Below, piece after piece: positions 29,143 through 38,948 of a stretch of 64,000 nt of DNA. A model generated the notes under the pieces. It was not told the origin of the DNA. It saw only the letters and a list, made by a program, of their open reading frames with translations, and did no database searches. Source of the DNA: Fidelibacterota bacterium. Its GTDB lineage: Bacteria; Fidelibacterota; Marinisomatia; SCGC-AAA003-L08; D37C17. The stretch's first letter is position 1. Every line of letters starts with the position of its first letter. Position numbers and translations under genes: made by a program. The stretch lies in the NCBI GenBank assembly GCA_030747125.1, contig JASLLI010000001.1:75143-139142 (forward strand), read 5' to 3'.

Positions 29143-31685
29143 GCCAAACTCCTTTTCACTTCTTTAATTTCATATACTTCAATGATGTCGCCACTCTGGA
29201 AATCATGGAATCCATCAACACCTATTCCGCATTCATAGCCTTCAAGAACTTCAGTAGCATCGTCTTTGAATCGTTTTAAAGATGTGAGTTTACCCTCATG
29301 AATGACCTCACCGCCTCTATTAACACGAAGCTTTGCATTTCTAATCACTTTTCCTTCTTTTATGTAACAGCCGGCTATAATCCCGATTTTAGGGATCTTG
29401 AATTGCTCTCTCACATCTGCAAATCCCAACGCAGATTCTACTTCTTCAGGCTCAAGAAGACCTTCAAGAGCTAATTTAACTTCTTGAATTGCTTCATAAA
29501 TTATGGAATAGTTACGTATCTCAACACCAATGGATTTTGACAGCATTTTTGCTTCAGGAGAAGAATTCACATTAAATGCTACAATAATTGCTCTGGAAGC
29601 TGCAGCGAGAGAAACATCAGACTCAGTAATCATCCCAACTGACCTGTGAATAATTTTCACTGATACTTCTTTGGTGGAAAGTTCCATAAGAGAGTCACTG
29701 AGTGCTTCAATAGAGCCATCCACATCACCTTTAATAATAATATCTAATTCCTGAATTTCGCCACTGGAAATTTTCTTCCCGATTTGGTCCAAAGTAATTT
29801 TTCTAAATCGGCGTTGTTCAGCTTCTCTGGTTAACTGAGCTCTTTCGTTTGCAATTTTCCGTGCTTCACGCTCATCATTAAATACGGTAAAATTATCTCC
29901 GGCTTTAGGAACTTCATCAAACCCTAAAATCTGAATAGGATCAGAAGGATACGCAGAGTTTAATCTCTGATTTCTTTCATTCATCATTGCCCGAACTTTA
30001 CCATACTGATTTCCACAGATAAATACATCGCCTTTTTTTAGCGTACCCTTACTCACCAATACGGTTGCAATCGCACCAAGCCCTTTGTCCAGGCGGGATT
30101 CTATTACCGTACCCCGGGCTTCCGTTTTCTGATTTGCCTTTAATTCCAATACCTCAGACTCTAATAATATTTTGTCCAATAGCTCATCAATACCGGTTCC
30201 TTTTTTTGCAGAAATTTCCTGACATTGATATTTGCCACCCCAATCTTCAATAAGGATATTTAATTCGGCAAGAGCCTTTTTAATTTTTTCAGGATTTGCA
30301 TTTGGCACATCAATTTTGTTTATCGCAATGATGATGGGTACGCCGGCAGCTTTCGCATGGTCAATGGCTTCTTTAGTCTGAGGCATCACATCGTCATCAG
30401 CTGCTACAATGATAATGACAATATCTGTTACTTGTGCACCTCTGGCACGCATGGCAGTAAAGGCAGCATGACCGGGTGTATCCAGAAAGGTTATTTTCTT
30501 GCCGGATTTGAGTTCTACTTCATAAGCACCAATATGCTGGGTAATGCCTCCTGATTCACCGGCAACCACATTCGTATCACGGATGAAATCAAGGAGGGAA
30601 GTTTTACCATGGTCAACATGCCCCATAATAGTAACAACAGGAGCTCTTTCCACGGCATTCTGTTTATCTTCTTCCGTTTCTTCATGACTGGTCTTTTCTT
30701 CGGCAAATTCATTTACTGCTTCAATTTCAAAACCAAATTCATCAGCTATCATGATAATGCTGTCCATATCCATCCGTTGGTTAATGGTCACCATCATACC
30801 AAGGCCCATACATACCATGATTACTTCTTGGGCAGAAACATCCATAGATTGCGCCAATTCATCAATAGTTGTAAATTCAGGTACTTTAATTGACTTTTTG
30901 GTTTCCTGTATTTCTTCTACAACTGGCTTTTCTTTCTTCTTAGATTTTTTCTTGCCGGACCCTTTGCCAAATTGCGGCAAAGGCTGTTTAATTTGAGGTT
31001 TTCCGGATTCTCCCGGTCTTTGGGGTCCCCGCTTTTTGGTTTGGTTTATTTTATCAGCTATATCTTGAATACTGATTTTTTTCAGTTTTCTGGGTTTCGG
31101 CGGAGATTCTCCTGTTTCCGTTGTTTTTGCTCCAGGTTTTACAGCAGAATATTTTGGAGGCGGAGTTTTCGCGGTAGAAGCAGATTGTATCTTTTTTAAT
31201 TTTATTTCCGGCGTTCCATTTATCCGTTTTCTTTTACTCTCTTCAACAACTTTTTCAGGTTTCTCAACCTTTTTCTCCGTCTTTTCAGCTTCTTTCGCTA
31301 TTTCAGCTTCCTTTTTCTTTTCTTCGCTAAGTACATTAGAAGCCTTTTTCAACTTGTCAGAGAGGGCAAGTTTTTCATCCTTTAGAGATGTTTTAATTTT
31401 CTTAACGGATTTTTCCGGAGTTTTTGATTTTGTCTCCTCAACTATTGACTTCTGCATTTTAGAGACTACGATTTTTCTTGCCTGCTCTTTTCTATGTCGC
31501 TCAATTTGCAGTTTATCTTTTGAAAATTCTAATAATATCTCATCATAAGTCTCAGGTGATACAGGCGCCATATGGCTTTCTGCAGGAGTCCCTTTATTTT
31601 CAAGGAATTTTAATATTTCCAGATGGGAAATATTTAATTCTTTCGCAATTTGAAAGATGCGTTTCTGTTTAGCCACTTCAGGCAT
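29139..31685 (-). CDS. infB: Translation initiation factor IF-2
   Basis: 848 aa. Lys/Glu-rich N-terminal region. G domain [25 protein letters not shown]. Confidence 0.97.
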   Translation of the reverse strand: MPEVAKQKRIFQIAKELNISHLEILKFLENKGTPAESHMAPVSPETYDEILLEFSKDKLQIERHRKEQARKIVVSKMQKSIVEETKSKTPEKSVKKIKTSLKDEKLALSDKLKKASNVLSEEKKKEAEIAKEAEKTEKKVEKPEKVVEESKRKRINGTPEIKLKKIQSASTAKTPPPKYSAVKPGAKTTETGESPPKPRKLKKISIQDIADKINQTKKRGPQRPGESGKPQIKQPLPQFGKGSGKKKSKKKEKPVVEEIQETKKSIKVPEFTTIDELAQSMDVSAQEVIMVCMGLGMMVTINQRMDMDSIIMIADEFGFEIEAVNEFAEEKTSHEETEEDKQNAVERAPVVTIMGHVDHGKTSLLDFIRDTNVVAGESGGITQHIGAYEVELKSGKKITFLDTPGHAAFTAMRARGAQVTDIVIIIVAADDDVMPQTKEAIDHAKAAGVPIIIAINKIDVPNANPEKIKKALAELNILIEDWGGKYQCQEISAKKGTGIDELLDKILLESEVLELKANQKTEARGTVIESRLDKGLGAIATVLVSKGTLKKGDVFICGNQYGKVRAMMNERNQRLNSAYPSDPIQILGFDEVPKAGDNFTVFNDEREARKIANERAQLTREAEQRRFRKITLDQIGKKISSGEIQELDIIIKGDVDGSIEALSDSLMELSTKEVSVKIIHRSVGMITESDVSLAAASRAIIVAFNVNSSPEAKMLSKSIGVEIRNYSIIYEAIQEVKLALEGLLEPEEVESALGFADVREQFKIPKIGIIAGCYIKEGKVIRNAKLRVNRGGEVIHEGKLTSLKRFKDDATEVLEGYECGIGVDGFHDFQSGDIIEVYEIKEVKRSLA

Positions 31686-31687
31686 AA

Positions 31688-32995
31688 TTAATTGTTTTCC
31701 ACCTCCTGTAACTCAGCTTCACTTTCTTCTTCAGATTCAACAGATTCTGTTTCCTGATTTTCAACGGCATTGGTGACTATTGTAATTAATTTGTCAACTG
31801 TTTTTTCACCAAACCCCTTTAAGGTAAGTAGATCGGCACGATCAGTATTTAGAAAATCCGTTGCAGTATAGATTTCACTTTTCCCCAGGGTTTCTATATA
31901 TTTCACAGAAATTCCAGGAATTTCATCTAAATATAATGTGATATCCGTTACCCCCTCATATTCAGATTTCTTCACGGCATCAATGGTATATTCAGTTACG
32001 CTTGAGGCAAGTTTTATATTCTGTCCGTTTTTTCCAATGGCAATTGGCAGTTCTTCATCCTCAAAAACAGCCACTACATAGGGGCGATCTTCATCTATAT
32101 ATAAATTGATGGGTTTTGCAGGAGCTAAAGCTCTACTGATCAATATTTCTGGTTTATCACTCCAGTTGATAATGTCTATTTTTTCTCCATTTAGCTCACG
32201 CACGATGGATTGTATTCTGCTTCCGCGCATACCAACACAAGCTCCCACTGCATCAATGCGTCTGTCAGAAGAGTAAACCACAATTTTACTTCTGTCCCCG
32301 GGAACACGCCTTGCAGCCTTTACCTCAATAATTTCATCCTCAATTTCAGGAATTTCTTTTTCAAATAAACGCTTTAAGAATAAATCATCAGATCGGGAGA
32401 TAATAATTTCAGGACCTCTACTGGAAAGTTCCACATCTATGATAATACCCCTGATAGTTTCGCCTCTGCGGAAGCGATCATTTGGCATTTGCTGAGATTT
32501 TGGCATAATAAATTCAGCACCACTGGCAGCATTGATAAATATTTGGTCACGCTGAATCTGGTGAACATTTCCAACTACGATTTCACCAATTTTACTGGAA
32601 TATTCATCAAAAACGGACTGTCTTTCAATATCCCGTATCTTCTGAACCATATGCTGTTTTGCTGTATTTATGAGACGACGCCCAAAACCATCAGGATTTA
32701 AAATCTTGATATAAGGATCACCGGTCTCAAGGTCAGAATACTCCTTTTTAGCTTCATCAATATGGATATCTTCTACAGGATCAACGACTTCATCAACAAC
32801 AGTCATTTCCTGATAAATTTCAATTTCTCCCTTTTCCATATTAACGATGACAGAAAAGTTTTCTCTTTCCTCCCCATATTTTTTATGGATAAGGGTCATA
32901 AAAATATCTTCAATGATTGTACTTAAGTTTGTACGATCAATATTTTTCTCTTTAGCCAGTGCGGAAAAAGCTTCAATGATTTCCTTATTAATCAA
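31688..32995 (-). CDS. nusA: Transcription termination/antitermination factor NusA
   Basis: 435 aa. The TTG start has AGAGG 6 nt upstream. (M)INKEIIEAFSALAKEKNI N-terminus. S1 and KH domains plus an acidic tail. Confidence 0.95.
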   Translation of the reverse strand: MINKEIIEAFSALAKEKNIDRTNLSTIIEDIFMTLIHKKYGEERENFSVIVNMEKGEIEIYQEMTVVDEVVDPVEDIHIDEAKKEYSDLETGDPYIKILNPDGFGRRLINTAKQHMVQKIRDIERQSVFDEYSSKIGEIVVGNVHQIQRDQIFINAASGAEFIMPKSQQMPNDRFRRGETIRGIIIDVELSSRGPEIIISRSDDLFLKRLFEKEIPEIEDEIIEVKAARRVPGDRSKIVVYSSDRRIDAVGACVGMRGSRIQSIVRELNGEKIDIINWSDKPEILISRALAPAKPINLYIDEDRPYVVAVFEDEELPIAIGKNGQNIKLASSVTEYTIDAVKKSEYEGVTDITLYLDEIPGISVKYIETLGKSEIYTATDFLNTDRADLLTLKGFGEKTVDKLITIVTNAVENQETESVESEEESEAELQEVENN

Positions 32996-33033
32996 TTTAA
33001 ACCTCTGTTATAATAAAATGTGCTAAGAATCTT

Positions 33034-33069
33034 CTATAAAATAAGAAAGTGGGAGTTTACCCCACTTTC
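33034..33069 (-). terminator. Putative rho-independent terminator after the TPR membrane-protein gene
   Basis: On the minus strand: GAAAGUGGG-GUAAACU-CCCACUUUC (9-bp stem, 7-nt loop), followed by UUAUUUUAU. Confidence 0.55.
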
Positions 33070-33112
33070 CGCTGGTGAAAATTTACCTTGTCTCCTTCAG
33101 GTTTTACAAGAA

Positions 33113-33787
33113 TTATATACCCAGTTTAAAATTGAGATATGCCTGCAACTCCTCGGCGGTATTTTTTATGGTAAAATCTATATCATCAGAATTTAAAATT
33201 GACTCTAATGTGGCAGCTGCATCCTGATAATTTTCAAGGGCAATATCAGCTATGGCAATATCCATTCCAAATTTTTGTTTAAACCCGTCTTCTGCAACTG
33301 TTGATTGTGCTTTTTTATAAAATGATTTCGCTTTTACAGGATTACTTTCAAGTTCAAGGTCGCCCTGTAATTTATAATATGCAGCTTTAACCACCGGGTC
33401 ATTAATTGAAATGTGATGATTTTCTAATAATTGATATACTGCTTTTTTATCTGCATCTGTGACGGCTTTATCAATGGCATTGTTCAACAAATACATTAAA
33501 GCCTGAACAGCCCCCGGTGTGTTAGGGTAATCATCTAATACTCGTTCAAATTTTACCATAGCTTCATCTATATTACCATTGATAAAAATGTTTTGTGCTA
33601 TACCTGATAAATGGGAAGCTTCTTCAATTTTAATACTGTCCGTACGGTTCATATAACTGAATCCTCCGATGAGTATTGCTATTCCTGCGAGAAAAGACAA
33701 TACTTTTTCCTTATTATCTTTTGTATATTGAACGCCTTTTACTATATTCTCTCTGACAGGGTCATGTCTGATTTCCTGTTTTTTCAT
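33113..33787 (-). CDS. Membrane-anchored TPR-like protein (YfgM-like architecture)
   Basis: 224 aa. Short cytoplasmic N-terminus, one TM (VLSFLAGIAILIGGFSYM), then TPR-like helices. Confidence 0.55.
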   Translation of the reverse strand: MKKQEIRHDPVRENIVKGVQYTKDNKEKVLSFLAGIAILIGGFSYMNRTDSIKIEEASHLSGIAQNIFINGNIDEAMVKFERVLDDYPNTPGAVQALMYLLNNAIDKAVTDADKKAVYQLLENHHISINDPVVKAAYYKLQGDLELESNPVKAKSFYKKAQSTVAEDGFKQKFGMDIAIADIALENYQDAAATLESILNSDDIDFTIKNTAEELQAYLNFKLGI

Positions 33788-33881
33788 TGTACTCCCTTAA
33801 TTTAGATTTTCAATTTTAATGGTAAATCTTTTTCGTTAAATCTTAATTATTATTTTTTCTATTAATATCTATAATGTTTTG

Positions 33882-33955
33882 TACCCTCGCCCCGAATCGA
33901 ACGGGGAGCCTTTCACTTAGGAGGCGAACGCTCTATCCTATTGAGCTACGAGGGC
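33882..33955 (-). tRNA. tRNA-Arg (anticodon CCT)
   Basis: Hand-folded 74-nt cloverleaf GCCCTCG/CGAGGGT (G1-U72 wobble), D arm GCTC...GAGC, anticodon loop CTCCTAA, T arm CCCCGTTCGATTCGGGG. Confidence 0.88.
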
Positions 33956-33971
33956 GTATTATTAAGTGTAA

Positions 33972-34000
33972 ATTATAAATCACTACTATCTAAATATCAT
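33972..34000 (-). promoter_or_regulatory. Candidate sigma70-type promoter for tRNA-Arg
   Basis: On the minus strand: ATGATA (4/6 to TTGACA), a 17-nt spacer, then a perfect TATAAT ending 16 nt before the mature tRNA 5' end. Chance matches are common in AT-rich DNA. Confidence 0.3.
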
Positions 34001-34112
34001 TAACTGTTGACGAAAGCGCTGTATTGCTGATCCATTGTAACTGAGTTTAAAAACAAACATAGATTCATAATAGATTGGCAAATTACGGGCGGAAATTTAT
34101 ACATAATTACAA

Positions 34113-35516
34113 TTATACTTTTATACTTTTCCACGAACCTGTACTGACTTTCATTGCCATAATAATTGCAAAGGGGATAATCCATGCAGAAAAGCCATAC
34201 CATGCACCAATAACACCAAGATCGAAGTGAATTGCCAGAATATATGAGGCGGGTAAAAATAAAAGCCAACAGCTCGCCATATTTATTGCGGCAGGAAAAC
34301 GTGTATTACCTGCACCGGTGAGTACAAAAAACAAAGTTAATCCAATTGCGTCAAAATATTGAAGAAAGCCAATTATAACTAAGCAGGGGATACCCATACT
34401 GATAATTTGCTGATCATCTGAGAACACCGGTATAACCCAATGGGGAGCAAATATGAATACTAACCCCATTGTACCCATAATGAGCAAAGACCATCCCAGG
34501 GCACTCCAAACAGCCAATTCCGCTTTGAATGGTTTTTCTTCACCTAAATATTTACCCACCAAGGTAGCTGCTGCCATCCCTACCCCTACTGCAGGCATAA
34601 AAGAAGCATGGGCAATATTCAAAATTACTTCTGAGGTGGCTAATTCCAAGGTTCCCACTGTACCAATAATTTTATAAAATAATGCAAAGCCAATCATAGA
34701 GATGACCTCCTGTGCTCCTACAGGAAAACCAAGCTTTATTTGTTGTATCAAATTGGATGAGGAAAATTGAAATTTATTGGGTTTATACATGTTTATCTTT
34801 TTTTGAAAGATATGAAATACATATTGGAGTACCATCCAACCAGAAGCTATAACCGTTGCAATGGCTGCGCCCTTTACCTGCCAGGCAGGAAAGTCATACC
34901 ATTGCCACAATACCGCCAGCCATGGAAGGTTTATATTATTAAAAAACTGTGAAACCCCCTCAGTACCATAAATAAGTCCTGCATTGAGATACACATTAAT
35001 AATATTTGATATAATGGTTACCTTCATGTGGATTTTAGTTTCTTCAACTCCGGTGTAAAATCCCTGAAAAGCAAAACCGGTGAGAACAAAGATCACACCG
35101 GTAAATCCATATTGCATATATTCCGTACAGATGGGAATCACCAAAGGATCAAATAAAAATAAAGTAGAAATCATTTCAGCATAATATATTCCCAAAATAG
35201 TTGCAGGAAGCCCTATTGATAATGCCAAAATCACCCCATTATGAAGAGCATGACCACATTCAGGAAATAACTTTTGGCCAAGTCTTCTGGCAGTGACAGT
35301 TTGTACTCCGGTACGCAATCCGATTCCCATAGACATAATGACCCACAATAGCAATGAGCCCATTCCGGTAGCTGCAAGGGCTACCGCTCCTAATCTGCTC
35401 ACCATTGCCATATCCGCTAATCCCATAAATACCCTGCTTAAATTACTGAATATTATAGGGACAGCTAAAATGAAGATTTCCTTTGATATATGTTTATCAA
35501 ATTTAGAAATTTTCAT
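34113..35516 (-). CDS. MATE-family efflux transporter
   Basis: 467 aa with about 12 TM segments. N-terminal ILAVPIIFSNLSRVFMGLADMAMVSRLG pattern typical of MATE/NorM proteins. Confidence 0.88.
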   Translation of the reverse strand: MKISKFDKHISKEIFILAVPIIFSNLSRVFMGLADMAMVSRLGAVALAATGMGSLLLWVIMSMGIGLRTGVQTVTARRLGQKLFPECGHALHNGVILALSIGLPATILGIYYAEMISTLFLFDPLVIPICTEYMQYGFTGVIFVLTGFAFQGFYTGVEETKIHMKVTIISNIINVYLNAGLIYGTEGVSQFFNNINLPWLAVLWQWYDFPAWQVKGAAIATVIASGWMVLQYVFHIFQKKINMYKPNKFQFSSSNLIQQIKLGFPVGAQEVISMIGFALFYKIIGTVGTLELATSEVILNIAHASFMPAVGVGMAAATLVGKYLGEEKPFKAELAVWSALGWSLLIMGTMGLVFIFAPHWVIPVFSDDQQIISMGIPCLVIIGFLQYFDAIGLTLFFVLTGAGNTRFPAAINMASCWLLFLPASYILAIHFDLGVIGAWYGFSAWIIPFAIIMAMKVSTGSWKSIKV

Positions 35517-35562
35517 CGTAGCAGGTTAAAAATTTGAGAGTTGTGAAGGAAGTGAAAAGAGA

Positions 35563-35907
35563 TCAGTTTTCTTTTACAAATTGGAGCAATTCATCAGGGA
35601 AGTCAACTTCTAACAAGAGCAATGCCTGCCCATGGGTTTTTCCTTGTGCATCATTGATGAGAGATTCAGAACCGCCACCGCCTAAACTATCACCTAAGAT
35701 AAAATTCAATGCCAGGAGATTATCCATTTCATATCTGATAATGTCCCCCTTTGCAATGGACTTGAAATGATTTTTAATAAGCTGAGAAGTGAGATTTGTT
35801 TTTGCCCAGGCGTAAATTTCTGGTGAAGTAAATAATAATCCTGCATTAGAATGTGCACCTTTGTCCCCAGATCGTGCGTGAGCAATTTGTTGTAATTTAA
35901 TTTTCAT
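35563..35907 (-). CDS. AtuA C-terminal-domain-like small protein (DUF4387-like)
   Basis: 114 aa. The IAHARSGDKGAHSNAGLLF motif resembles the C-terminal module of full-length AtuA-family proteins. Lies 48 nt downstream of the DUF1446 gene. Confidence 0.55.
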   Translation of the reverse strand: MKIKLQQIAHARSGDKGAHSNAGLLFTSPEIYAWAKTNLTSQLIKNHFKSIAKGDIIRYEMDNLLALNFILGDSLGGGGSESLINDAQGKTHGQALLLLEVDFPDELLQFVKEN

Positions 35908-35955
35908 ATAATCAAGCGTAACCGTTAAAATAATGAATTAATTTCAATTATTATT

Positions 35956-37305
35956 CTATAAAACATCCACAGTGGTGTGAACGAATTCCTTAGGAATGAG
36001 GGCAGGCCAGTAGGCAACAATCTCTTGTGCCTTGGGTCTCCCACCTGAGAATCCTGTTACTCCCGGAGGGCCACTGGTTATCACTGGTGCAATTTCTTTA
36101 CCAAACCGATTAACCTTGTCTTTATTCTGATCTCTTACACCTAATCTTAGGACTACCTCATTTATTTGTTCGGGTTGAGCATTAATTTCGCCATGACAGG
36201 AGGAAACTCCTAAAAATTCAGTGGAAGTATCTTCAAATGTATATCCCGCTTTCGAAAGTCTTTCCCAAATAATTTGAGCGGTCAGTTTGGCTTTTTCAAG
36301 GGCATCTGGTCCTGAGATGGTGAGCTGCCCTGACGCCTTATATCCGGCAAAGTATGAAATAGAGACTTTATAGGTGTCTGTAGCCTCAAATCCTTTTACA
36401 TTTTCAACAGAAACACGGTTCTTTTCTTTATCAGTTAAATTGAATGAGGTAAAATCCACACAGACATCAGGGGAGATATAATGTGCAGGGTCTCCCATTT
36501 CATACAAAATCTGTTCCCCAACTGTTTCGCGATTTACAAGTCCTCCCGTCCCTTTGTGTTTGGTGATACAGAATTGTCCGTCAGCTTGCATTTCAATAAT
36601 TGGATATCCTACTCCTGCTAAATAAGGCACGGATTTCCAGTCTGAATAGTTTCCACCGGTACATTGTGCCCCGCATTCCGTAATATGCCCTGCGAGAGTC
36701 CCTGATGCCAATAAATTAAAATCAGTTTCTTTCCATCCATATTCATAAATACATGGTCCTAAAGCTAACCCCGGGTCAGAGACTCGTCCTGCCAATACTA
36801 TTTGAGCTCCTTGTTCCAATGCTTCTGCTATAGTGAAACTGTTGATATACACATTGGCAGAATATACCTTATCAATAATTGAATCAATAGACTCACCTGT
36901 ATCTATATTTTTAAAATCAATCCCCTTGCCAATTAATGCTTTAAGATCAGGAAAGATATCGTCACCCTGAATCACACCAATTTTTATATTCTTCCCTGAA
37001 GCAGCAGCCAGTTCAATCAATTTTTCTCTGCAAGACTGGGGATTCACTCCACCTGCGTTGGTGATGACTTTAATCCCTTTTTCAGTTATTTCTGGGAGAA
37101 TTCGCTTTACCATATCCAGAAAATCTCTTGCATACCCTGCCTGGGGATTTTTTAATTTCTGTCTCTGCATTATGGAAAGGGTAACTTCAGCGAGATAATC
37201 TAATGTGAGATAATCTAATGGTCCTCCCTTTGCAAGATGGACAGGGGCATCAATTGAATCACCCCAAAATCCCTGCCCGTTTCCAATCCTCACTATCCTT
37301 TTCAT
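35956..37305 (-). CDS. Acyclic terpene utilisation AtuA-family protein (DUF1446)
   Basis: 449 aa. N-terminal VRIGNGQGFWGDS and an internal ITECGAQCTGGNY-type motif typical of DUF1446. Confidence 0.75.
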   Translation of the reverse strand: MKRIVRIGNGQGFWGDSIDAPVHLAKGGPLDYLTLDYLAEVTLSIMQRQKLKNPQAGYARDFLDMVKRILPEITEKGIKVITNAGGVNPQSCREKLIELAAASGKNIKIGVIQGDDIFPDLKALIGKGIDFKNIDTGESIDSIIDKVYSANVYINSFTIAEALEQGAQIVLAGRVSDPGLALGPCIYEYGWKETDFNLLASGTLAGHITECGAQCTGGNYSDWKSVPYLAGVGYPIIEMQADGQFCITKHKGTGGLVNRETVGEQILYEMGDPAHYISPDVCVDFTSFNLTDKEKNRVSVENVKGFEATDTYKVSISYFAGYKASGQLTISGPDALEKAKLTAQIIWERLSKAGYTFEDTSTEFLGVSSCHGEINAQPEQINEVVLRLGVRDQNKDKVNRFGKEIAPVITSGPPGVTGFSGGRPKAQEIVAYWPALIPKEFVHTTVDVL

Positions 37306-38948
37306 ACTTGTAAGACTCCAAATTTTGGTTCCGGCATTTTAGGTTGGTGTGCAGTTATTTTGAGCGTTTTTATGAGGACATTCCGTGTTTCACGAGGATC
37401 AATGATTTCGTCAATCCACAGGCGTGCAGCAGCATATCTTGGGTCTGATTGTAAATCATATTTTTCTTTAATTTTTGAATATAGCTCATTTTTTGTTTCT
37501 TCGTCAACTTCTCCCATTTTTGCCAACTTAATCTGAGTGAGGGTTCTGGCTGCCTGGTCACCTCCCATTACAGCAATTTTTGCAGAGGGCCAAGCGAACA
37601 TGAATCGCGGATTATACGCCCTTCCTGATAAGGCATAATTTCCGGCTCCATAACTGCCGCCAATTACCAGAGTTATTTTGGGGACTACTGAATTGCTGAC
37701 AGCATTCACCATTTTTGCGCCATCTTTCGCAATTCCACCCCATTCAGCAGTTTTCCCAACCATAAACCCATTCACATCATGAATAAAAAGAAGAGGAATT
37801 TTATCTTGATTACAATTCATAATAAATCTCGCTCCTTTATCAGCAGAGTCTGAGTAAATGACTCCCCCCATTTGCATTTCACCCAATTCCGTACGGGACA
37901 TTACCCGCTGATTGGCGACAATACCGATATTCATACCTCCGATTTTTGCTGTTCCGCATAAGAGAGATTTACCATAGGTTCTTTTAAACTCATTAAATTC
38001 ACTTCCATCCACAATGCGTGCAATAATCTCTCTCACATCATATTGTCCGGGTACTTCAGGATTAAACACACCGATAATTTCCTTTGAATCCAATGCAGGT
38101 TCTTTTGAATCAGAAGCAATAAATGCAGAATGTGCTTCAAGATTCATTGTTGACATAACTGATTTAATTCGCTTAATCCCTGCCAAATCATCATTTTCAT
38201 GATAGTCAGCTGTACCACTGATAGCACTATGGGTGTTGGCTCCTCCTAATGTTTCTGTATCTATTTCCTGACCAATGGCAGCTTTTACCAAAGCAGGTCC
38301 GGCCAAAAACATACTGGCTCCCTCCACAATGATATATTTATCACACATAACCGGTAAATAGGCTCCACCTGCTACACAGGGGCCCATGACCGCAGCGATT
38401 TGTGGAATTCCCAATGCAGATAATCTGGCATTATTATAAAAAATCTTTCCAAAATGACCTTCATCGGGAAACACCTGATCTTGCAGAGGTAAAAAGACGC
38501 CTGCAGAGTCGACGAGATAAATAATTGGAAGATTATTTTCCAATGCAATTTGTTGTGCTCGAAGTGTCTTTTTCAAAGTGACTTCAAAATATGCTCCTGC
38601 TTTTACGGTAGCATCATTGGCAACAATGACCACTTCATTTCCTTGAACTTTTCCAATACCTGTGAGTGTACCTGACGCAGGAGGGCTTCCATATTCATCG
38701 TACATCTTCCAGGCTGCAAATATTCCTAATTCAAAAAAGTGACTGTCACCATCAATTAAATGGTCTATTCGTTCTCTGGCTGTCAGCCGCTTTTTATTAT
38801 GTTGTTTTTCGATGGCAACTGCACCGCCGCCTAATTTTATAGCGTTTATTTCTTCACGATAATTGGACAGAATTTCTAAATATGCATTCGTGTTAGCAGT
38901 AAATTTGTCCTGATTCCATTCCTTTGCGGGAGTCCCAATCCTATCCAT
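37302..38948 (-). CDS. Acyl-CoA carboxylase carboxyltransferase (beta) subunit, MccB/AtuC/PccB type
   Basis: Two-lobed carboxyltransferase (GGGAVAIEKQHNKKRLTARERI..., GPCVAGGAYLP, GGSYGAGNYA). The ATG at 38948 has GGAGG 7 nt upstream. The ORF-track ATG at 38972 is also possible. Confidence 0.88.
   Translation of the reverse strand: MDRIGTPAKEWNQDKFTANTNAYLEILSNYREEINAIKLGGGAVAIEKQHNKKRLTARERIDHLIDGDSHFFELGIFAAWKMYDEYGSPPASGTLTGIGKVQGNEVVIVANDATVKAGAYFEVTLKKTLRAQQIALENNLPIIYLVDSAGVFLPLQDQVFPDEGHFGKIFYNNARLSALGIPQIAAVMGPCVAGGAYLPVMCDKYIIVEGASMFLAGPALVKAAIGQEIDTETLGGANTHSAISGTADYHENDDLAGIKRIKSVMSTMNLEAHSAFIASDSKEPALDSKEIIGVFNPEVPGQYDVREIIARIVDGSEFNEFKRTYGKSLLCGTAKIGGMNIGIVANQRVMSRTELGEMQMGGVIYSDSADKGARFIMNCNQDKIPLLFIHDVNGFMVGKTAEWGGIAKDGAKMVNAVSNSVVPKITLVIGGSYGAGNYALSGRAYNPRFMFAWPSAKIAVMGGDQAARTLTQIKLAKMGEVDEETKNELYSKIKEKYDLQSDPRYAAARLWIDEIIDPRETRNVLIKTLKITAHQPKMPEPKFGVLQV

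Noticed and set aside
34000-34269. 89-aa minus-strand ORF overlapping the MATE gene 3' end
   Set aside because: Most of it (from 34113 on) is an alternative frame of the well-supported MATE transporter gene; the rest runs into the spacer. The Cys/Trp/Tyr-rich composition is atypical and there is no SD.
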